The notes under the pieces are model-generated. The model saw only the letters and a list, made by a program, of their open reading frames with translations, did no database searches and was not told the DNA's origin. From Microcystis aeruginosa NIES-843 (lineage in GTDB: Bacteria > Cyanobacteriota > Cyanobacteriia > Cyanobacteriales > Microcystaceae), in the NCBI RefSeq assembly GCF_000010625.1, contig NC_010296.1, positions 1,620,001 to 1,652,000 of the forward strand: a DNA stretch of 32,000 bases. The letters are read 5' to 3'. The translations under genes and the position numbers were made by a program. Shown piece after piece: positions 25,505-32,000 of this stretch. Within the stretch, counting starts at the first letter, position 1. Every line of letters starts with the position of its first letter.

Positions 25505-26308
25505 TTAGCCAAAACGTCCACTAACATAATCTTTAGTTGCTTGTTCTTGAGGATCACCGAAGATTTTGTCCGTATGATCAAACTCGACTAGATAACCAAT
25601 TTTGCCACCTTTATCGGTGGGTTCAGCGTTATAAAAAGCCGTTAAATCTGCTACTCTAGTAGCTTGTTGCATATTGTGAGTAACAATAATAATCGTGTAA
25701 CGTTCTTTTAACTCGTGCATTAACTCCTCAACTTTTAAAGTTGAAATCGGATCCAGTGCCGAACAGGGTTCATCCATTAATAATACTTCTGGTTGAGCGG
25801 CAATAGCGCGAGCAATACATAATCTTTGTTGTTGTCCCCCCGATAGGGAAAAACCGCTTTCTTTCAGTTTATCTTTTACTTCTTCCCAGAGAGCAGCCCG
25901 ACGCAGGGAAGTTTCTACTAATTCATCCAAATCGCCTTTATAACCATTTAAGCGCGCTCCGTAAACCACATTATCATAAATGGATTTGGGAAAAGGATTA
26001 GGGCGCTGGAACACCATACCGATATATTTTCTGACTTCGACCGGATCCACCTCTTGAGAGTAAATATCCTGGTTATGATAAAAAACTTTGCCGTCAATAC
26101 GAAAACCGTGAATTAAATCATTGAGACGATTAAAACACCTGAGAATGGTACTTTTTCCACAGCCAGAGGGTCCGATAAAAGCGGTGACTTTATTTTTGGG
26201 AATATTGATCGAAACGTCTCGTACTGCTCGATAATTTCCATAGTAAATATTAGCCTTATCAACCTTTAAAACGGTTGCAGTTGATTGGGTAGTGCGATTA
26301 GTTAGCAT
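25505..26308 (-). CDS. pstB: Phosphate ABC transporter ATP-binding protein PstB (system 2, first copy)
   Basis: 267 aa with Walker [25 protein letters not shown] and the tail DYVSGRFG. Confidence 0.95.
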   Translation of the reverse strand: MLTNRTTQSTATVLKVDKANIYYGNYRAVRDVSINIPKNKVTAFIGPSGCGKSTILRCFNRLNDLIHGFRIDGKVFYHNQDIYSQEVDPVEVRKYIGMVFQRPNPFPKSIYDNVVYGARLNGYKGDLDELVETSLRRAALWEEVKDKLKESGFSLSGGQQQRLCIARAIAAQPEVLLMDEPCSALDPISTLKVEELMHELKERYTIIIVTHNMQQATRVADLTAFYNAEPTDKGGKIGYLVEFDHTDKIFGDPQEQATKDYVSGRFG

Positions 26309-26396
26309 AAATTATTGACCTTGAATTTGGATAATTGAGGAATTGGAAAGATAGGTAGATTTTTACTTAAATATCCCTTTTTACTTTTTCCTTGAC

Positions 26397-26489
26397 TTAA
26401 GTAGGGAGGCACAATTATTTGTAGGATGGGTTAGCGATAGCGTAACCCATGCGGGCGTTGGGTTTCATGCTTCAACCCAACCTACGTTC
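26397..26489 (+). repeat. 93-bp double-hairpin dispersed repeat, copy A (pstA2-pstB spacer)
   Basis: 92/93 identical to 29987-30079. It contains ATGGGTTA-gcgatagcg-TAACCCAT and GTTGGGTT-tcatgcttc-AACCCAAC stems. Confidence 0.9.
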
Positions 26490-26516
26490 ATCTTATATTT
26501 AATTCCACCCACCCAC

Positions 26517-27410
26517 TTAATAGGTTTTCTGGCGCGTAGCTAAACGGGATAAAATGTTAGTTACCAACACCAAAAGCACCAGAATTAAAGCACCTGCCCA
26601 AGCTAATTGCTGTTGGGGGGCAAAAGGGGCAGTAGCAAAGTTGAAAACTAAGACCGAAAGGGTGGCAATCGGTTCAAAGACACCCCGGGGCCAAAAGTTA
26701 GAGAATAATGCCGTAAAAATTAAGGAGGCGGTTTCCCCAGCGGCCCTAGCAATTGCTAAAGTCACACCGGTTAAAATAGCGGGAACTGCGGCAGGAAGGA
26801 CGATTTTTAGGACGGTTTGGTAGTTATAGGCCCCTAAACCCATGGCCGCCCAGCGGATGTCTTGGGGAACGATTTTTAAAGCCTCATCGGTGGTTCTAAT
26901 AATAGTGGGTAACATTAACACCGCTAAACCGATCGAACCTGCAAGGGCAGAAAAGCCTAAAAGGGCTGTTCCTTCGCCAAATAAGGGGGCAACTAGCAAA
27001 CCGTAGGCGAAAACCCCGACAATAATCGAAGGGACACCCGCTAAAACGTTGGTAGCAAAGCGCACACCCTGGGCAAGTTTATTATCACCGCTAAATTCCG
27101 AGAGATAAACCGCCGCTAAAACGCCAATGGGAACTGCGATCGCTGTGGCGAGGGCGACGACGATAATTGTCCCTAAAATGGCGTTAGCGATGCCTCCCCC
27201 TCCTAACCCCGGCGGTGGCGGTAATTTGGTAAAGAGATTGGCGTTTAAACGGCCTACCCCTTGCACAAAAACGAAGCCTAGGACGGCAAAAAGGGGAATC
27301 ACGGTGACGGCTAAACATAAACCCGATAGGACGGTCATAATTGTCCCCAATAGCGATCGAGGACTACTCGGTTTCTTTTTGAGATTATTGCCTAAATTCG
27401 CACTATCCAT
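26517..27410 (-). CDS. pstA: Phosphate ABC transporter permease PstA (system 2)
   Basis: 297 aa, polytopic, with the EAA-loop [10 protein letters not shown]. Confidence 0.93.
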   Translation of the reverse strand: MDSANLGNNLKKKPSSPRSLLGTIMTVLSGLCLAVTVIPLFAVLGFVFVQGVGRLNANLFTKLPPPPGLGGGGIANAILGTIIVVALATAIAVPIGVLAAVYLSEFSGDNKLAQGVRFATNVLAGVPSIIVGVFAYGLLVAPLFGEGTALLGFSALAGSIGLAVLMLPTIIRTTDEALKIVPQDIRWAAMGLGAYNYQTVLKIVLPAAVPAILTGVTLAIARAAGETASLIFTALFSNFWPRGVFEPIATLSVLVFNFATAPFAPQQQLAWAGALILVLLVLVTNILSRLATRQKTY

Positions 27411-27633
27411 ATCAGTAATCAGTGAACAGTAATCAGTAATCAGTGAACAGTAATCAGTGAACAGTAATCAGTAAACAGTGATTAGTAAACAGTAAACAGT
27501 GAAAAGTGAAAAGACAGCAGTAAACTGCCATTTGATGATGATCACTTAATACATACTGCTCACTTAAAACTCAAAACTTAAAACTCAAAACTGATAACTG
27601 ATAACTGATAACTGATAACTGATAACTGATGGC
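27411..27633. repeat. pstC2-pstA2 spacer made of heptamer tandem repeats
   Basis: 27413-27524 holds about 16 CAGTRAW-type units (cagtaat/cagtgaa/cagtaaa). 27563-27632 holds CTTAAAA/CTCAAAA x4, then CTGATAA x5, then ctgatgg. Only about 38 bp (27525-27562) is non-repetitive. Confidence 0.95.
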
Positions 27634-28593
27634 TTAATACTTAGCTTTGACGCGATTAACGATTAATTCGGCGAAGATATTGACTACTAGGGACAAAACC
27701 AAGAGAACAAAACCCGCATACATTAAAGCTGATACTTGCATTCCCGATGCTTCGGCGAATTGGTTAGCCAATAAGGAAGCGATCGTGTTAGCGGGGGCGA
27801 GAATAGAGGCACTAATGCGGTTAGAATTGCCGATAATCATCGTTACTGCCATGGTTTCCCCTAAAGCGCGCCCTAAAGCTAACATAATCCCCCCGACAAT
27901 CCCGGAAAAAGCGGCGGGAATTAATACCCGAAAAATCGTTTCCCAACGGGTGGCCCCCAAGCCTAGGGAAGCTTGCCTTAGATCCGGCGGTAAAGCGGCC
28001 AAAGAGTCGCGAGAGATAGCGATAATAATCGGCAGGATCATAATTGCTAAAATAACCCCCGCCGGTAACATTCCAGGACCCCCTAAAGGAGTACTAAACA
28101 GAGGAATCCAACTAAAATTACCATTTAGCCAGTTACCAAGGGGTCTGAGGATAGGAATCAATACAAAGATACCCCATAATCCGTAAACAACACTGGGAAT
28201 AGCGGCCAAAAGTTGTACGAGAAAAACCAAAATTGTCCGCGCATTTAAGGGAATAAAATCTTCGCTTAAAAAAATGGCTGAACCGATACCGAGGGGAACA
28301 GCAATCAGGAGGGCAATCAGAGAACTAACGAGAGTTCCGTAGATAACGGGCAGAACTCCGAATTCTTCGCGACCGCGCACGGGATTCCAAGCACTACTGG
28401 TCAAAAATCCCAGACCAAAGGTTTGAATCGCCGGTAAAGCCCGAATAAAAATCACTAGGGCAATTAGGAGCAAAATTACCCCAATAGCGATGGCAAAGGC
28501 GGTAGTTAATCCAACAAAGCCTTTATCGAGGATTTTTTCCGATTCTGGACGTTCTTTAAAATTTGAGTCGGGTGAAACTGTGGGCGCACTCAT
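27634..28593 (-). CDS. pstC: Phosphate ABC transporter permease PstC (system 2)
   Basis: 319 aa, polytopic, with the EAA-loop GRALGETMAV. Confidence 0.93.
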   Translation of the reverse strand: MSAPTVSPDSNFKERPESEKILDKGFVGLTTAFAIAIGVILLLIALVIFIRALPAIQTFGLGFLTSSAWNPVRGREEFGVLPVIYGTLVSSLIALLIAVPLGIGSAIFLSEDFIPLNARTILVFLVQLLAAIPSVVYGLWGIFVLIPILRPLGNWLNGNFSWIPLFSTPLGGPGMLPAGVILAIMILPIIIAISRDSLAALPPDLRQASLGLGATRWETIFRVLIPAAFSGIVGGIMLALGRALGETMAVTMIIGNSNRISASILAPANTIASLLANQFAEASGMQVSALMYAGFVLLVLSLVVNIFAELIVNRVKAKY

Positions 28594-28687
28594 GATTAGG
28601 GTTTAAATCCAGCTAGTTTGCGGTAGCTAAGGTCGAAATTGGCCTTTCTCCACTATTATTGTAACTTTGAATACATTTTTTCGGCTA

Positions 28688-29809
28688 CTAATCCACATTG
28701 ATTGTGTAATCGGGATAGATGACATCGGCAGCGGCGGCTACTCGTTCCCGGACGTTTTTCGGTAGGGGAATATAACCAAGGGCGGCGGACTGTTCCTGTC
28801 CCTGATTGAGTCCAAATTCGATCATCGCCTCCATAGCTAAAGCTTTTTGGGGATCGTTGTATTTTTTATAAACCAACATCCAACTATAGGTGACAATGGG
28901 GTAGGAATTTTCCCCCGGGGGATCAACGATAAAAGCCCGCAGATTTTCGGGTAATTCCACCGTGGCTAAGGTGGCAGCGGCGTTAGTTTCATTGGGGATA
29001 ACAAATTGACCGGCTTGGTTTTGTAAAGTGGCCATGGGCAGCTTATTATTTTTAGCGAAACCGTACTCGATATAGCCAATCGAGCCTTGATTTTGTTGAA
29101 TTAGGGCAGTTACACCTTCATTTCCTCTACCGCCGAGAAATTTACCTTTTTTGGTCGGCCATTGTACGGCTTTTCCTTCACCGATACTTTTTTTCCATTC
29201 GGGACTAACGGCGCTTAAAAACTTAGTAAAAACTCCCGTCGTCCCGCTACCGTCTGCCCGGTGAACTACGGTAATTTCTTCATTGGGTAGTTTTAAATCG
29301 GGGTTATCGGCGGCGATTTTGGCATCGTTCCAACGGGTAATCGTGCCTAAAAAGATGCCTACATAGGCTTCCCTGCTTAGTTTCAGCCCTTCTACTCCGG
29401 GCAAATTATAAGCCATAACGATGCTTCCCGCCGTCATCGGTAGCAGTAAAACCCCGCGGCTAACTCTGGCCATATCCTCGTCACTCATGGCCACATCGGA
29501 AGCGCCAAAATCGATCGTACCTTGAATAAATTGTTCGACTCCCGCCCCGCTACCGGTAGATTGATAGTTAATTAGTAGTTTAGAAAATAGTTGATTGATG
29601 GTGACAAACCAGTTTTGATATAGGGGTGCAGGAAAAGAAGCGCCCGCACCATTGAGGGCGACCTCTCCTTGCAGAGGAACTTGGGCGATCCTATTGCTTC
29701 CCTCTCCACTGGTTCCCGCCGTATCACCGCCCCCACAAGCGGTTAAAGTCGCTGTTAAAGTCGCTAGGGATAAGGCTGTTAGTAAATGGGTTCTGTTTTT
29801 GCTGAGCAT
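28688..29809 (-). CDS. pstS: Phosphate-binding lipoprotein PstS (system 2)
   Basis: 373 aa. It has the lipobox LTAC-GGG and the motifs GAGASFPAPLY and GSGAGVEQF..GTIDFGASD. Confidence 0.93.
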   Translation of the reverse strand: MLSKNRTHLLTALSLATLTATLTACGGGDTAGTSGEGSNRIAQVPLQGEVALNGAGASFPAPLYQNWFVTINQLFSKLLINYQSTGSGAGVEQFIQGTIDFGASDVAMSDEDMARVSRGVLLLPMTAGSIVMAYNLPGVEGLKLSREAYVGIFLGTITRWNDAKIAADNPDLKLPNEEITVVHRADGSGTTGVFTKFLSAVSPEWKKSIGEGKAVQWPTKKGKFLGGRGNEGVTALIQQNQGSIGYIEYGFAKNNKLPMATLQNQAGQFVIPNETNAAATLATVELPENLRAFIVDPPGENSYPIVTYSWMLVYKKYNDPQKALAMEAMIEFGLNQGQEQSAALGYIPLPKNVRERVAAAADVIYPDYTINVD

Positions 29810-29866
29810 AGGATTAATTTTGATCCGTAAACTGCCTTAAATCTTACGCTAAAACCTACCACGCCT

Positions 29867-29896
29867 TGGTAAAGAATAGGTTAAGAAGTGAATAAA
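29867..29896 (-). promoter_or_regulatory. Pho box: three 8-bp repeats at 11-bp phasing upstream of pstS2
   Basis: In gene orientation: TTTATTCA ctt CTTAACCT att CTTTACCA. Matches to PyTTAAPyPy(T/A) are 7/8, 8/8 and 7/8. The proximal box lies 58 nt from the ATG. Confidence 0.7.
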
Positions 29897-29986
29897 AAAA
29901 CATAATGTATTGTCAAGAAAAATTTTCTCGATAACTAGACAAAAATCTCAACTTCTTTTACTATTTATTTTGACTAAACATTAGTT

Positions 29987-30079
29987 TTAAGTAGGGAGGC
30001 ACAATTATTTGTAGGATGGGTTAGCGGTAGCGTAACCCATGCGGGCGTTGGGTTTCATGCTTCAACCCAACCTACGTTC
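29987..30079 (+). repeat. 93-bp double-hairpin dispersed repeat, copy B (pstS2/sphX divergent spacer)
   Basis: It shows one mismatch to copy A (gcgGtagcg). It is embedded between two copies of a 41-bp direct repeat (29952-29992 and 30078-30118) that overlap its ends. Confidence 0.9.
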
Positions 30080-30242
30080 TTCTTTTACTATTTATTTTGA
30101 CTAAACATTAGTTTTAAGTCGCGGGTAAAGCCGCTGACTTTTCCAGTTTAGATTAGGTTTTTCTCTTTCCCTATCATTGTAGTGACGTAAAAACAACAAA
30201 GAAAAGATTAAGGTTTTTAGTCATCATCCCTCAGCCTTGAAT

Positions 30243-30365
30243 CAGTTATCAGTTATCAGTTATCAGTTATCAGTTATCAGATGTGAGTTTTCAGTTCACC
30301 GATTACCGATTACAGCAAAAAACTCCCCACTACCCCACTACCCCACTACCCCACTGATAACTGAA
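30243..30365 (+). repeat. Heptamer tandem repeat tract directly upstream of the sphX-like gene
   Basis: CAGTTAT x5 (30243-30277), then degenerate units (cagatgt, cagttca, ccgatta x2), then CCCCACTA-type repeats, then ctgataactg. The tract ends about 45 nt before the ATG. Confidence 0.9.
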
Positions 30366-30408
30366 AAGTCTCCCCAATACCCGTTTTTACTTTCTCCTTT
30401 TTACACCT

Positions 30409-31443
30409 ATGCTAGGAATTTTTACTCAGCTATCTCGTCCCACCAAAGTAGTGGCAATTGTCCTGGGTACTGCCCTAATTTTACCCGCCTGTGCCAATAT
30501 TAATCCTCAAGACCTAAAACCAATTAAAATCGATGGTTCGAGTACCGTAGCACCAATTACCGATAAAGTTCTCGAAGATTTTAAAGCTAATACTCCTAAC
30601 AAAGCTTTGGCTGATGTTAAAATTGACGCTAATATTTCAGGAACTGGCGGCGGTTTTAGAAAATTTTGTGCGGGAGAAACCGATATTAATAATGCTTCTC
30701 GGCCGATTTCTGTGGAAGAATTAAAAGAATGTGATGCTAATAAGGTCAGATTTATCGAACTACCGATCGCTTTTGATGCTTTAACCGTGGTAGTCAATCC
30801 CCAAAATAACTGGCTTGATGATATTTCCACCAGAGAATTAAAAACTATTTGGGAACCAGCAGCCGAGAATAAAATCAAACGTTGGAATCAAATTAATCCC
30901 GCTTGGACCGACCGACCGATTACCCTTCACGGGCCGGGTAAAGATTCCGGAACCTACGATTTTTTTAGTGATGTAATTAACGGCAAAGATGCCAGTCGTG
31001 GGGACTTTAATTTTAGTGAAGATGACCAAGCTTTAGTTAATGCCGTCAGTCAAGACCCCAACGCATTAGGCTATTTTGGCCATGCTTACTATGAACAAAA
31101 TCGGGATAAATTAAAAGCTTTGAAAGTTAATGGTATTGAACCAACTCGCAGCAATGTCGAGGATAGTAAATATCAGCCTTTATCGCGTCCTTTGTTTATT
31201 TATGTTAATGCCCAAAAAGCCCAAGAGAATCCCGCTTTAGAGAAATTTGTCGAACATTATCTCGATCGAGTTCCCAATTTATTAGATAATATTGGTTATA
31301 TTCCCCTACCGGATGAGGCCTATCATTTGGCAAGGGTACAGTTGCAAAAATTTGAGGTAGGAACGGTTTTTGAGGGCAAACCTCAACCCAATTTAACCAT
31401 CGGGGAATTACTTCGTAAACAAGCCCAATTTGAAGCTAAATAG
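30409..31443 (+). CDS. sphX: PstS-family phosphate-binding lipoprotein, SphX-like
   Basis: 344 aa. It has the lipobox LPAC and the PBP-like-2 motifs IDGSSTVAPI and SGTGGGFRKFCAGETDINNASR. It is divergent from pstS2. The SphX name is by analogy to the Synechocystis sphX-pstS1 cluster. Confidence 0.85.
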   Translation: MLGIFTQLSRPTKVVAIVLGTALILPACANINPQDLKPIKIDGSSTVAPITDKVLEDFKANTPNKALADVKIDANISGTGGGFRKFCAGETDINNASRPISVEELKECDANKVRFIELPIAFDALTVVVNPQNNWLDDISTRELKTIWEPAAENKIKRWNQINPAWTDRPITLHGPGKDSGTYDFFSDVINGKDASRGDFNFSEDDQALVNAVSQDPNALGYFGHAYYEQNRDKLKALKVNGIEPTRSNVEDSKYQPLSRPLFIYVNAQKAQENPALEKFVEHYLDRVPNLLDNIGYIPLPDEAYHLARVQLQKFEVGTVFEGKPQPNLTIGELLRKQAQFEAK

Positions 31444-31619
31444 GGTTTGCGGCAAAAAGTAGGGGCGAAGCATTCGGATAGAAAATCTACGGTTTCACCG
31501 ATAGGTTATTGCCCGAATGCTTCGCCCTTACAGGACTCTCAAAATCTTGCACCTGTGGGGGCGAAACAGTACCCTAAAACTCTTACCTCGTCTATATTTC
31601 ACATTTATTCAGCAAACCC
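31443..31619 (+). mobile_element. MITE, subfamily 2 (177 bp, internally deleted), abutting the sphX stop codon
   Basis: GGGTTTGCGGCAAAAAGT...TTATTCAGCAAACCC, flanked by TA (31441-31442) and TA (31620-31621). A 15-bp stem pairs 31463-31477 with 31513-31527. The G of the TAG stop is the first base of the element. Confidence 0.85.
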
Positions 31620-31818
31620 TAAGTAACGATTCCCATCTGGTAGGAAAATATAGCGTTTCCTGTTCGCAAGAGGTACATTGTCGATGGTGAAAAGCTTAAT
31701 CAGCAAAGGTTTGACTGTGCCACACAGGTGTGAGAAACGCTATACATAAGGATTTTCCTGCTCCTATCTGCCCCCTACTATAGCAAGAGGTTTGCCAATT
31801 TAAAGCAACAGAGATACA

Positions 31819-31846
31819 GAAAAAAAAGAGGGGATAAACCCCCCAG
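31819..31846 (-). terminator. Rho-independent terminator for the minus-strand gene ending at 31867
   Basis: On the minus strand: GGGGGG-tttat-CCCCTC, followed by TTTTTTTT. Confidence 0.6.
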
Positions 31847-31866
31847 CGTATCGAGAAACTTGTTAA

Positions 31867-32000
31867 TTAACCTTTCGGTGTCGCCCCAAATTGTTCGATG
31901 AGGATAGAGGTTAACACCGATTTTAAGTCTTCACAGGGAATCCCTTTTTGTACACAACTTCCCAGGTGGGCATCTTTACCCACTTTACCCCCCATGTAGA
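31867..32000 (-). CDS. 3' end of an unidentified gene, truncated by the window edge
   Basis: An open frame reads ..YMGGKVGKDAHLGSCVQKGIPCEDLKSVLTSILIEQFGATPKG then stop (tta at 31867-31869), followed by the terminator. The product was not recognised. Confidence 0.45.
   Translation of the reverse strand, partial: YMGGKVGKDAHLGSCVQKGIPCEDLKSVLTSILIEQFGATPKG

Noticed and set aside
25414-25581. 56-aa N-terminal extension of the pstB' ORF (MIIRTKSS...PLKI)
   Set aside because: It runs through the purine-rich, CTGATAA-containing spacer and overlaps the 3' end of the upstream pstB gene. The conserved PstB sequence starts at the ATG at 25413.
27411-27633. Heptamer arrays considered as possible CRISPR arrays (also 19232-19294, 30243-30365, 18847-18955)
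   Set aside because: The unit length is 7 bp with no unique spacers and no cas genes. These are short tandem repeats of the STRR type, not CRISPR.
27647-28186. Long antisense ORFs inside pst genes (27647-28186, 27127-27432, 26554-26823, 22664-23107, 21240-21524, 20516-20890, 19446-19760)
   Set aside because: They lie opposite strongly supported transporter genes and have low-complexity Ala/Pro/Lys/Arg-rich products with no motifs. These are typical shadow ORFs.

Overview
Cyanobacterial chromosomal window. Gene content, HIP1 GCGATCGC palindromes (e.g. 879-886), heptamer tandem repeats and MITEs suggest Microcystis or a close relative, but the taxon is inference only. I did all alignments, repeat counts and mismatch counts by eye, without computing anything. 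Order of content: (1) a decayed IS transposase and repeat debris (1-1260). (2) A minus-strand block of atx1-like copper chaperone, an 81-aa conserved ORF and polA (1535-5037). (3) A VapBC-type toxin-antitoxin pair (5410-6071). (4) UDP-glucuronate decarboxylase and UDP-glucose 6-dehydrogenase (6280-8637). (5) A TerB-like/Mo-nitrogenase-C-domain protein and a SulP/STAS anion permease (8877-11599). (6) A visibly AT-rich accessory islet (about 11.7-15.8 kb) holding a DUF433/DUF5615 toxin-antitoxin cassette bracketed by direct repeats, an orphan secreted Cys-containing protein, a divergent stand-alone HTH protein behind a phased CGG iteron array, and two near-identical tandem Uma2 (DUF820) nuclease-fold genes. 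(7) cobO, an aldo/keto reductase and map (15844-18773). (8) A 12-kb phosphate-uptake supercluster: pstSCAB (19322-23440), pstSCABB' (24616-29809) and a divergent SphX-like binding protein (30409-31443). Both pstS genes have SphR-type Pho boxes at 11-bp phasing. The whole window is riddled with heptamer tandem repeats (CTGATAA, GGGGTGT, CAGTRAW and others), a TA-flanked MITE family with TAGGGTTTGC-type termini in two subfamilies, and a 93-bp double-hairpin repeat. I found no rRNA, tRNA or CRISPR array. I see no unambiguous new multi-gene system. The best candidates for follow-up are the 11.7-15.8 kb islet (iteron/HTH/secreted-protein module and the tandem Uma2 pair) and the way mobile repeats sit at precise positions inside the Pho-regulon operons.
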